Shown here piece by piece: positions 52,003 to 64,000 of a DNA stretch of 64,000 nt (its first letter is position 1; the number at the start of each line of letters is the position of its first letter). The DNA is from Octopus vulgaris (Eukaryota). Made by a program: the position numbers and the translations under genes. The notes below the pieces were generated by a model. It was not told where the DNA came from and did not search any database. It was given only the letters and a program-made list of their open reading frames with translations. The DNA lies in NCBI GenBank assembly GCA_951406725.2, contig OX597831.1, positions 71,362,001 through 71,426,000 of the forward strand, given 5' to 3'.

Positions 52003-52660
52003 AAACCTTTAAGAAAACCATTATCACAGCATATGATGGCATAGACACCAAAACAAAGGACCAAAACATTCACTTAAAGATAGACAATTGTGTCAACTGC
52101 CTCACCACACCTCCTCCGTTATATGTCCTCCTTTTATCACACTTAAACTCCAGGAACCTAAATTCCTTTCCAATCCTAAATACAAGCTAATCAACCCTTC
52201 TAAGAGCAAGGCAGGCATTGTAGTAAATGTATTCTTGATGCTATCAACTCCAATATCTCAAGAACTACAGCATAAATCCAGTGGAAGTGCAGCATCCTTC
52301 TCTGGTTCTGCAGCATTGAGAATAAATAGTCTTTAAGTTCAAACAGTATTGAAATCCTTACACTTAAAGGTCTTAGATTATGGTAGAAAATTCACCAGAA
52401 TTAGTGACCTCAATATCAGAACCATTACAAACCCTGGGAAGTCACTGCTGTTTGACAATGATTTCTTTTGGGATTTCTGCTGGGTAAAAAAAGGATTTAT
52501 GGATGTATCTGTCAAGAGCTATGATGGGAATGAAGGCATTTATCTCCTCAGGTTAGTATTTGTCCTGAATACCCCGATCAAAACGTAGGCAAACCTACAG
52601 TTCACTTCTATACAGGGATGAGGGTTTGGAAATTTCAAACCATTTAAGAGACCATGCCAT

Positions 52661-53062
52661 CTCTTTCTCTCTTTTCTCTTTTACTTGTTTCAGTCATTTG
52701 ACTGCGGCCATGCTGGAGCACCGCCTTTAGACGAGCAAATCGACCCCAGGACTTATTCTTTAGAAGCCTAGTACTTATCCTATCGGTCTCTTTTGCCAAA
52801 CCGCTAAGTTACGGGGACGTAAACACACCAGCATCGGTTGTCAAGCGATGTTGGGGGTACAAACACAGACACACAAACACACACATGCATATATACATAC
52901 ATATATACGACGGGCTTCTTTCAGATTCCGCCTACCAAATCCACTCACAAGGCTTTGGTCGGCCAGAGGCTATATTAGAAGACACATGCCCAAGGTGCCA
53001 TGCTGTGTGGATGAACCCGGAACCATGTGGTTGGTAAACAAGCTACTTACCACACAGCCACT
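52661..53062 (-). mobile_element. SINE family A
   Basis: Near full-length copy inserted in the PLE remnant. Confidence 0.9.
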
Positions 53063-53434
53063 CTGTGAAAATGTTAAAAACCATCAACAAATTCACCTTA
53101 ATTATAACTGTTGCCACCAACTTAACAGTTTAACTTCATGGAAGCCCATCAAAAAAGCTGTTTATATTTATTAGCACCACCCTGTCGGCTATAATTAGAA
53201 ATTTAGTCACAGGCATCAGCAGAAGAGTCTTGACTTTGCCAGCTGACAGAAAGATCTTTAATAGGGCTGCACCCCATTTAAACAAGGCAACAAGGCATTG
53301 ATAAGGAGTGGCTTTACTTATAAGTTAGTGCGCGTGGAATATCCCTAAACCAAAAGAGGGTTAGAACTATTTTCCCCTCATGTAGCTTTAGCTTCCTGAC
53401 TCTACTTACAAAGTATTTTCCAAGAACCTATATA

Positions 53435-53651
53435 CAAGGGGCTGCTGAAAAGTTCCTGGTTTTGGGTAAAAGAAAATACAGGAGGATCACTTAATTATGA
53501 TTTTATGCAACATATCCCCCTCTCAGATTCACACACTTATTGCAGCAGTCTTTCAATTTTTTCTAAGCCTTGTGAAATAACTCAGAAGATTGGGCCTCCA
53601 GCCAGGCCTTTCACAATACACTTAAAGCCAGAGACTTTTCAGCACCCCTCC
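53435..53651. mobile_element. mariner-derived MITE (~217 bp)
   Basis: TA then imperfect TIRs CAAGGGGCTGCTGAAAAGTTCCTGG / CCAGAGACTTTTCAGCACCCCTC, resembling the TIRs of the 60139-61340 mariner. Confidence 0.75.
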
Positions 53652-54637
53652 AATATATATCACAAACTGTTTAATTGTCATAACGTCAAAATTTACACTC
53701 ATGCAATGACAGTGCACCCACACTGTCTTCACTCCATACCCCAGCATCTAACCACCAAACTCTTACCAGCTGCCAGTTAGGTGAATCCTGCCTAAAAGAT
53801 TGTGGTCTGCAGATCAATTCGCATACCATTTGATGGCATCATGAAACATTACACAAACATGACAGCCAATGAGTTTAAAGGTAAATACAAGCAACGTATG
53901 CACTCCATCAGGGGTAGTAAAAAAGAAAACTCAGTCCCCCCTTTGTCTTCCTTGATCTGGAGACTGGTGCTATCAAAAGAACTTCCCAACATCATATGAA
54001 ACATCCATGACAGAACTACTTCTCTGTACTCATGTGTTTGTGGAAAAAAATCAAAATACCTAATGTTATTGGGATTTATATTTATGCATTTATAATCAGA
54101 TGTTTTCAATTTTTATGGATACAATTAGCTAAAGCTCTTTTTTTTATAAGTTACAACTTGTTAGTACAATACATAGCCTTGTGTATGCACAAATGGCATT
54201 TATGCTTTTCAACCTCATAGTTTTACTGTGTTTAAAATATCCAAATCAAGTTTAAAGTATAATATCTTAGATTTGAGGTTCCATAAGTATTTTGACAGTG
54301 ATGTTGAATGCTTTAATTTGGCTAATCCCAAAGCAGTGCTTGTGTAATAAATACCTGATTTTTAAAAAGCTGAAGGTAGTTTCTATATATTGCCTAATTC
54401 CAGTATGGGTAATATCATTACATCAATATGCAATATTTCTTTTGAGACAGCATTCATTATGGGGCCTTAGACTGGTAGTTTTATAATTATATCTATTTTT
54501 AGTATCTTTCAAGCTAATTTGAATATTAGTAGGTGATATTTGACACTATATGGCTGCAATAGATATGATAGTTTCGATACCAGATATGGTAGGTGTTATT
54601 AAACCTCCTTTTATATTATATTTCTATTATAATAACA

Positions 54638-55057
54638 GGCACAGGAGTGGCTGTGTGGTAAGTAGCTTGCTAACCAACCACATGGTTGCGGGTTCAGTCC
54701 CACTGCGTGGCATCTTGGGCAAGTGTCTTCTGCTATAGCGCCGGGCCAACCAATGCCTTGTCAGTGGATTTGGTAGACGGAAACTGAAAGAAGCCTGTCG
54801 TATATATGTATATATATATATATATATATGTGTGTGTATGTTGGTATGTCTGTGTTTGTCCCCCTAGCATTGCATGACAACCGATGCTGGTGTGTTTACG
54901 ACCCCGTCACTTAGCGGTTCGGCAAAAGAGACCGATAGAATAAGTACTGGGCTTACAAAGAATAAGTCCCGGGGTCGATTTGCTCGACTAAAGGTGGTGC
55001 TCCAGCATGGCCGCAGTCAAATGACTGAAACAAGTAAAAGAGTAAAAAAGAGAGAGT
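54638..55057 (+). mobile_element. SINE family A
   Basis: Full-length copy. Confidence 0.9.
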
Positions 55058-55500
55058 TGTTAACATTATATGTACTGTTCTTGTAATTAGTATTAGTTTG
55101 TTCTGGGATCGTATGATATTATTCAATAGAGGAATTCCACCAGCATCTCTCTCTGCAACATCTTAAACAGATGATTTTTAAAATCATTATCATCGTGTCC
55201 ATTAATATTATACTCCATAATATTTTATAAGTGCTTGTTATTAGTTTTATCATTAATACCTCTAACTCTATTTAATATTATGAACCAGGCTACAATACTC
55301 TTGAGAAAATGTGTCATGTGAACAAGATAATGTGTTTTGCTAGAATATTTTTTCCTTTAATTTTTCATAGCTAGAATCATGTACTGATGTCTGGCTCTTA
55401 TTTCATTTTATTGCTTACTCTTAATACCTCTATGCTTATTTCCATAATAGTTGTAAAATGAATTTTATGTTATATATTAGGTTGTAAGTACTTTTCTTAG

Positions 55501-55953
<453 letters not shown>

Positions 55954-56207
55954 GAGGCACACCTTCAAGAGCTAATACTTCTTTTGATTCTGAAACCACA
56001 ATGCATCCCATGTATATAGACGTACAGATATTACTGAGCGTTGTAGTTTTATGCCTGCTGTCTTTAGACTTCAGTTTTATTCATCTTTCTGTTATTAATC
56101 CTTTTCGTATAAATATTCTTCAGTGTCATATTTCTTGACAGTTTGTTTATTTTAAATATTTATTGTTTTGATGAAGTGACAAATATTAACAACTAAAACA
56201 ACTCTGT

Positions 56208-56281
<74 letters not shown>

Positions 56282-56339
56282 ACATTTATATAATGCATAT
56301 AAATATTTGTATACTTGTCGCTTATTCTGTTTTTTTTTT

Positions 56340-56850
56340 CAGTTCTTTTACTGGAGGGTGGGACCATGTTGAAGCACCAACTTTCAGTGTTTTGGGGTCT
56401 CCTTTCAGTATTGTTTTTGGTTAACGAATAAGTTGGATGAAGCTGTTCTTCTTTGTGCCTCCTGGCACAATGTGGATCCATCTGAGATTTCAGATAGAAA
56501 TCTGTCCAGGTGCTCTTTGAATGTTTCCACACCTATACCTGGGAGATCTTGTAGGTTCCCTGGCAGGATGTTAAACAGATGTGGTCCACTGAAACCCAAG
56601 CTGTTGCAATACTGGGTCCTTATTTGAGATGAGGAAGATGGTAACTTTGGTATTATGCAATGCCATCCAGTTTAGTGGTTGGTATAGCTTTTAATTCCAC
56701 AGTTAGGAGTCAGACCTTCAAAGATCTTCCATATGTATATCACTACGTACCTTTCTTGCCTTCTCTCCGGGGAGTAGAGCTTCAGTTCTTGTAGCCTCTC
56801 CCAGTGGCTCATCTGTTTCACCGAGTCAATCTCCTTTCTGTAGTGGTGCT
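56340..56850 (-). mobile_element. CR1/L2-group LINE 3' remnant
   Basis: Peptides SHWERLQELKLYSPERRQERYVVIYIWKI and GPHLFNILP..VETFKEHLDRFLSEI. Confidence 0.85.
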
Positions 56851-57396
56851 GGATGCGCGTGTGTGTGAGTGTTTGCATATAAAACAAAAAGAAAAATACT
56901 CATTTTTTAATCAAAATGTGCTACCAGTTTCACTTGTGTTTAAGTAAATTTAGTCATGTTGTAAGAAAAGGGAAAATGTATTGAAATAAAATTAATCTCA
57001 TTTGCATTGTGTTGATTTGAAAATACATACTTATCTTGGAATACTTAGTACTCTTATCACTCTACTCCTTATTTCATATCCATCTCATCATTATATATCA
57101 TGCCTCTGTCACTTGTTGTTCTTGCTCTATGCTAAGCAAGCAGAGATATGCAATTGTGAGATCCCCTTAGTCACTCATGTTCAGCACATCTGGTAAAGTG
57201 GGTGGAGTTCAGAAGGATATCTGCCCATAGAAGCAAAGTCAAAATTGAAATGCAAATGAATGGATTTCTCAACCAAACTCATTGAGCAGCATCCCCAAAC
57301 ACATGTTGACTATGATTATACCAATCCATCCAACCTATGCCAGCATGAAAAGTGTACATAAAACGATGAGGATTTACTAACACATATACTAATATA

Positions 57397-57430
57397 AGAC
57401 GGAAACTGAAAGAAGCCTGTCGTATATATG

Positions 57431-57463
<33 letters not shown>

Positions 57464-58085
57464 GTGTTTGTGTGTCTGTGTTTGTCCCCCTAGCATTGCT
57501 TGACAACCGATGCTGGTGTGTTTACGTCCCCGTCTCTTAGCGGTTCGGCAAAAGAGACCGATAGAATAAGTATTGGGCTTACAAAGAATAAGTCCCGGGG
57601 TCGATTTGCTCGACTAAAGGCGGTGCTCCAGCATGGCTGCAGTCAAATGACTGAAACAAGTAAAAGAGTATACATGCATATATGTATGTGGTGGGGGTGT
57701 GGTAAGAAGTTTGGTTCCCAACTACATGGTTCCGGGTTCAATTCCACTGTGTGTGACACCATGGGCAAGTGTCTTATACTATAGCCTCAGGCCAACTAAA
57801 GCTTTGTAAGTGGATTTGGTAGGCAGAAAATGAAAGAAGCCTACTGTTTATGTGTGTGTGTGTTTGTGTGTGTTTATGTCTTTGTGCCTGTGTTTGACCC
57901 CCATCAGCACTTAATAGCCATTCTTGGTTTGTTTACATCTCTGTAAATTAGGGGTTCAGCAAAAGAGGCTAATGAGATTAGTACCAGGCTTTAAAGAAGA
58001 ATAACTATTGGGTTGATTTGTTCAGCTAAAATCCTTTAAGGCAGTGCTCCAGCATGGCTTCTGTCTAATGGCTGAAATAAGTAAA
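57397..58085 (+). mobile_element. SINE family A: 5'-truncated young copy (57397-57668) followed by an older copy
   Basis: Both colinear with family A. Confidence 0.85.
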
Positions 58086-58217
58086 TAGATAAATATATAT
58101 ATATATCTTAATATGTATGCACACACACACACACACGCATGCACACATATATACATATGCATCTGTGTATATGTCTGTATTTCTGTCTCTGTATACACAG
58201 AGGAAGAGAAGGGGTGG

Positions 58218-58248
<31 letters not shown>

Positions 58249-58423
58249 TGCATATTTATGTACATACAAATACATTTATACATATATAAATATATCTATA
58301 TATCCTAGTGTATCCATGTCATGAAAACTGGTGGATTTTTTTATTTAATTAACTGCACAGAATTACTCATTGAAAATACAGGATATACATATTTCTTGTT
58401 CTATTACGAGTACTGTAGCTTCC

Positions 58424-58472
<49 letters not shown>

Positions 58473-59297
58473 TTACCTTTTTAGTCAAGGTACCAATCAC
58501 CTGCATCTCCAGCTATTCATAACAGATCTTTTCAAAATCAATTTAGAAGCTGTTGTTCGATAAACAAAATGCAATTTATACCTTCAAAAACTTATTAAAG
58601 AATTTCCTGAAGTTCAGTAATTTTAGTAAATATCTGCCCTGTAAATTTCCTTGAAATTCATTAAATGCTATAGAAGCATTGAAACCTTCCTTTGTCCTTG
58701 TTCGGCTTAGAGCAAGGTAAGTTTGACCACGACTGAACATAGGTTCTGATAAATATATTTTCACGTTACTGAACAGCTTTGTGATTTCTTCACAGGTATT
58801 ATGTAGGCAGGTAACATTGGGAATTAGCATTTCTTTAACATGAACAGTAGCATTATTTCACTGGGAACCAGATCTATTCTTTGCATGAAAACTAAATCTC
58901 TTTTGTGACTCTCATTAAGTATTCTTGCAAGACGGAAATGATCATGCAGGCCTCACAGTATCAACTTTATAGTATTAATGAGTCCCTTTTAGGGATTTGA
59001 ATTGTGCAGCAATATGATAATGGAGCCAGTTTTCAAGGACAAAACCTAGAGAAGTATTTATTGAAAAATTGTTGGAAAATTGATTCTGTTAGGACTTTCG
59101 TAATCATTTTTCTGCTTTTGCAGTCAGGGATTAAATATTTTCTTGTAGTTCTTTAGCTTCTGTGAAAGGAACTTCTGCATTATTACCATGCACTTGTTAT
59201 AGGAGGTACAAGCACAATGTAACAACGTCTCAGTCCATTTTATTCTCCCTGTGTTTCTTCTGTTTCATTCAGAGCTGTTTACACACTCCTTGCTTAA

Positions 59298-59517
59298 CCC
59301 TTTAGCATTCAAACCCACCATATCTCATCAAAATATAAAACCTGTTTTATATTAAAACTGGCCAGATCTAGCTTTTCACACATATACCTACAATGTCATT
59401 CAAAAATAAACTATCGCTTCATTGAAATTGCAAAACTATGAGATAATACATGATTAATTCAAAAGAATCTGAATAAATAAGCATTACGTTCGACAAAGTA
59501 ATCTGAGTGTTAAAGGG
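59298..59517. mobile_element. Second piggyBac-like MITE family (~220 bp)
   Basis: TTAA 59294-59297 and 59518-59521; imperfect TIR CCCTTTAGCATTC / GAGTGTTAAAGGG; interior unrelated to the first MITE family. Confidence 0.8.
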
Positions 59518-60138
59518 TTAAGCACCTGTTTATAGAGACATTGGTTAGGTTATCTTGGAATTCTTCAAATTTTCAAGCAGTCTACTTGGTTCATTCAGAA
59601 TGCATATTACAGAAGCTAGTTAAGAATGTATACTACAACAAATGTTTGTTAACTTTGAGGTAGCATTTGTGCTGAACTGGATTCAGTTGGGCATACCCTT
59701 CATCCAGTGTCCTTCATTAGAAGCGTTCTGATGTTTATTGCTGGCTGAAAAGTTTCGTAGGCAATACCATTAATAACCATGAGTGTTCAAAACTTTATTT
59801 TCTTTTTATATGCAGTAGTTGCAACACATTCTTGCTCCTTTCTTCATACTTCAGCCAAAATTAGATTTATTGCTGTGAAATCATCAACTCTAAATTTTGC
59901 ATCATTTCTAACATACTGCTTATTGGTTCTGATGATAATGTGTTACACTAGCCTCCACAGAACCCACTATAGCTGTATGTCAATCCTTGGTTCTTTGTCA
60001 GTGGGGTACATATTAGATGTTCTTTGATAAAATTGTCCAAAGCAGAATTTTTCCTGGTGGAGAGCCACTATGTGCTGTCATTCAAGCAAAAGGGTATGGT
60101 GAGTTAAAAGAACAAATGCTGTTCTGAATGTTTCTATA

Positions 60139-61340
60139 CAAGGGTCTGCAGAAAAGTTCATAGCCCCCACCATCCCTGCATGCCACACACTTCCAGCGCT
60201 TAGATCCCATTAATGAAGCAGCTTTTATCTTGTTGGTAAAAAGAAGTCACCAACAGCAGACATGATGTCCTCATCACTGTGATACTGGTTCCCAGCCAAG
60301 TGTTTTTTTTTCATTTTGGAGAACAGATAATAATCAGATGGGGCCAAATCAGGAGTTTAGGAAGGCTCATCAATCAGTTGAAAGCCACAGCCATTGAAAG
60401 CAATGACTTTTATCCTGGAGTATTGTCCTGATGAAACAAGACCACTTTCATCAGCTTTCCTGAGCATTTGGTCTTGTTAAGCCTTTCATAACTGCCTTAG
60501 TAAGTTGGCATAGAACATTGACAGTGTGGTCCTTTTGAAGACCACACAATGCCCTCTGCATTCCAAATGAGGCCATCACCTTCCCTGCAGATGAAATAAC
60601 CTTGGCCTTCTATGGGACGGGTGAAGAGGAATGTTTCCACTCCATGGATTATCTCTTTGTCTCTGGCTCAAAGAGATGGACTCAACATTCATCCTGAGTT
60701 CGGAAACATTCAAGGAATCAGCTGGATCTGCCTCAAATAGAGTCAGATTTTCCGTAATGTGCTCAGCCAGGTGTGCTTTTGATTAGGTGTCAGAAACCAT
60801 GGTGCCAACTGAGCAGAGACCTTTGTCATGCCAAGTTCATTGTGCTGAATATTCTCAACTCTCTCATGTTATATGCTTATAGCATTGGCTATTTAATTTA
60901 TAGTCAATTGTCTGTCATCCATCACCATGTGAGAAACATGATCAATGTTTTCCTTGGTTGTAGCAGTTGTAAGATGTCTAGATCTTGGGTCATCTTCAAG
61001 ACTTTCTGTTCTCTTCCTAAATTCAGCTGTACACTTTTGCACCGTTGATAAAGCTGGAGTGTCATCCCCTAATGCAGGAACCATATGGCCATGAATGTCC
61101 TGGGGGGAACTAAACTCTTTTTCTGCAGATACTTTATAACACCACAATGCCAAATTTTGTTGATTTTCAAGAGAAGTGACTACTATTTACTTCTTTGAAT
61201 AGTCAGATGTCAGTTTAGCTGGGGGAAAAAACCCTAAAAAGACATGTAGTATTTATGAGTTGAAATTAATGCATGCAAAATTTAACAGTTCTAGCACCAC
61301 TCCTTCATAGTTGGCCCATGAACTTTTCAGTCCACGCTCG
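60139..61340 (-). mobile_element. Near full-length defective mariner (DD34D-type) transposon
   Basis: TA flanks; imperfect TIRs containing GAAAAGTTCAT; peptides ESLEDDPRS..DDRQLT, LGMTKVSA..LTPNQK, VHLFEPETKR*SMEWKH, VLFHQDN, PDLAPSDYYLF. Confidence 0.9.
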
Positions 61341-61674
61341 TATTTGGAGTTTGTGCAGGTACTCTGTTGGTTTTCTCCTGGATGGTAGTCTTAGATTTTT
61401 GGTTATGAGGGAAGCTGTTAAACTTTCCATTACTTGATCTCTCGTCTTTGAAGTTCAATAAACTGCAGAATGAGAAGATATCATTCATTTTGCCACAAAC
61501 ATGTAGCTGAATTTCAGTTTAATTAACATGTTAAGTTGTCCACTTTAAGAGATATGGATCCTGTTCTTAATTGTTTCATGATTTTGATGGGTTTTTTTGT
61601 TTTTTTTGCAGCAGAATACAGCATCTTCATTGTTTTATCTTAATGCAGTTGTCTGTCTTGCTTTCATTTTTCTT

Positions 61675-61709
<35 letters not shown>

Positions 61710-62435
61710 TTTCTCTCTCTCTTTCTCTCTCCTTCTCTCTCCTTCTCTCTCTCTCTCTCAACAAAACTTGTCTTCCTTTTCCAATCATTTCTCTATTTTT
61801 CTCCTTTCTTCTATTTTCTAAAGTGATAAGTGTCCTGTTTTTTTTCCCCCTTTTTATTGCAAATATCTGTCTATTTTGCCTTTTCCATCCATTGCTTCTG
61901 GCACCAAACTTCCTCTTATGGGCTTCCAGTAACCGCTCCTTGTAATACACTAAGTTTTTCCCACATTTACTTAGACATTGGTTTTTCCCACTGATCTCAC
62001 AATCTCATACTTATTTAAAATCTTCCTGTTACAAAGAATATATCCTGTATCAAGTATCTGTAGTTATAGCAGATGCTGTCTTACTCAAATTCACTTTGCC
62101 TTCCCTTTGGCAGTGTTCCTTACTTTCCTTATGTTTTTTTTTTGCCATTTTCTTGTTTCATTAAACAGATATTTGAAAGACTTTACATAGACTAAATACC
62201 AACAATATTTTTGTTGCTTGCTCTTTCCTCACTTCATACCTACCACTCCTGCCATCTCTTGTTCCAATTCGTATTTGATTCTTTTCTCTCTCTCATTCAG
62301 TTTCTGTTTAAAGCTGTACGTGTACACATATATACATAAATGTGTGTGCACATGTATGTTTAGAGTATGTGTACTGCCAGCTGTTACTTGCTTGGCAGCT
62401 TGAACCATGCTTTCATTTATTATTTTACATACATA

Positions 62436-62581
62436 GGCGCGGGAGTGGCTGTGTGGTAAGTAGCTTGCTTACCAACCACACAGTTCTGGGTTCAGTCCCA
62501 CTGCATGGCACCTTGGGCAAGTGTCTTCTACTATAGCCTTGTGATTGCATTTGGTAGACGGAAACTGAAAGAAGCCCGTTG

Positions 62582-62630
<49 letters not shown>

Positions 62631-62729
62631 TCATATATATATCGTTTAACGTCCGCTTTCCATATATATATACCAGGCCAGTAGATATATATATATATGA
62701 TATGTGCCACCGACACAGGTGCCAGACGA

Positions 62730-62822
<93 letters not shown>

Positions 62823-63006
62823 CTGTGTTTGTCTCCCCAACATCGCTTGACATCCCCGTTACTTAGCGGTTTGCCAAAAGAGACCGATAGGATAAGTACT
62901 AGGCTTACAAAGAATAAGTACCGGGGTTGGTTTGCTCAACTAAAAGACGATGCTTCAGCATGGTCGCAGTCAAATGACTGAAACAAGTAAAAGAGAATAA
63001 AAGAGA
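62436..63006 (+). mobile_element. SINE family A with expanded internal TA tract holding fragments of the RTE-tail repeat
   Basis: Family A head and tail; interior includes ATCGTTTAACGTCCGCTTTCCAT and ATGTGCCACCGACACAGGTGCCAG between TA runs. Confidence 0.85.
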
Positions 63007-63507
63007 AATATGTAGCCCCGAACAGACATAGGCTTCTTGTCAGCTTGCTCACCATTCCCCTGATGGAACATCCTAGTTGTGACAGCTAGAGACATGAAAT
63101 GAAGTGCTTTGCTCAAGGGCACAATTTTCTGCATGGTAAGAGGATTGACTCTATAACCTTATGACCAGAAGCTGAACACCTTAGCCTCTAGGCCGTATGC
63201 CTTCACATATTACTGTTTATACTTATATGTTTGTGTTTGTGTGTATCTGTGAATATATGTGCTTGAGTGTGCGCACGTGTGTGTGTCTGCATGTTTGTGT
63301 GTATATTAGTTTATTTTGGAAGAATGAAAGAGAAGTGTTCAAAACATTTAGATTGTGTGGGGGTTTTATTTTGAAAGTGAAACTTCGTCTCATGACTAGA
63401 GTTTTATACCACTGCATGTTTTCCGCTGAAGAATCACTATGGTGCTAAACTCAAGTCCTAAGATGAACTCTTAGTTTTGGTTTCAATAAAAAATACAATG
63501 TATATAT

Positions 63508-63896
63508 ATATTATTAATACACAAATATGAGAGAGAATCCACTATGTGGATGCTCTTACGCTAGATATAGATCCGCAAAGGGACTCAACCACTAAGAATT
63601 GTTCTCAAGAAAAAATTTAGCACACTAAGACCGTAAGCGAGCAGGACAAATGAAAAATAACAAAACGCTTACGGTCTTAGTGTGCTAAATTTTTTCTTGA
63701 GAACAATTCTTAGTGGTTGAGTCCCTTTGCGGATCTATATCTAGCATAAGAGCATCCATATAGTGGATTCCCTCTCATATTTGTGTATTAATAATATTTA
63801 CTGAATCTCAGTCTTTTATACGCTAGGCCACTGGTGTTTAAATTGGTGTTATTAAATTAATATCCAATTTTTTCACCCTCATTTTGACTTTAATTA
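63508..63896. mobile_element. Foldback element in (TA)n: 132-bp inverted arms, 26-nt spacer, ~100-bp extension
   Basis: Arms 63508-63639 and 63666-63797 with 3 mismatches seen; TA runs on both sides. Confidence 0.8.
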
Positions 63897-63912
63897 TATA
63901 TATATATATATA

Positions 63913-64000
63913 TCATCATTATCATCATGGTTTAACATCCGCTTTCCATGCTAGCATGGGTTGGGCAATTTTGACTGAGGGCTGGCAAACCAGATGGCTG
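63913..64000 (-). mobile_element. RTE-LINE 3'-tail-type repeat, cut by the window edge
   Basis: ATC-rich tail then GTTTAACATCCGCTTTCCATGCTAGCATGGGTTGG. Confidence 0.75.

Larger units (their letters stand above)
52030..54040 (+). mobile_element. Decayed Penelope-like element (RT + GIY-YIG remnants), interrupted by a SINE and a MITE
   Basis: Peptides NPKYKLINPSKS, KSLLF..WVKK..DVSVKSYDGNE (cf. FDVTMGS.DGAE), LYRDEGL (cf. LYRDDGL), Y.NMTANEFK..LSSLIWRL. Confidence 0.8.
58480..61570 (-). mobile_element. Decayed autonomous-type Helitron (Rep-Helicase remnant) hosting a mariner and a TTAA MITE
   Basis: Minus-strand peptides, in order: FIELQRR (~61410-61440; cf. VIEFQKRG), VINGIAYETFQ.A (~59750-59785; cf. 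TVNG..Y.TF.EA), LKTGSIIILLHN.NP.KGL.N (~58975-59037), IYLSEPMFSRGQTYLALSR (PIF1-like helicase motif VI). Confidence 0.8.

Overview
AT-rich, repeat-saturated animal genomic DNA. The SINE families and the microsatellite load resemble those of an octopus or other coleoid cephalopod, but that is inference. One host gene is supported, on the + strand: four internal coding exons (19890-20018, 28633-28758, 44266-44443, 51523-51619) of a glutamate carboxypeptidase II / NAALADase (peptidase M28B, FOLH1/NAALAD2-like) gene. They have canonical AG/GT sites and compatible phases, and encode the protease-associated (apical) region. I did not find the flanking exons in the window. The rest is intronic: about 20 copies of one tRNA-headed SINE, three other SINE types, LINE remnants (Tx1/L1-like, CR1-like, RTE-like), Penelope-like element (PLE) remnants, mariner fossils, piggyBac-like TTAA elements, Helitron remnants, a 33-bp minisatellite and many microsatellites. 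Nearly all ORFs in the supplied track are repeat artefacts. The most notable unexplained signals are: (1) five unrelated loci with type I hammerhead ribozyme motifs, one directly downstream of a PLE GIY-YIG ORF; (2) three foldback elements in (TA)n tracts with a shared architecture, one centred on a hammerhead core; (3) a one-headed SINE trimer within a single 16-bp target-site duplication.
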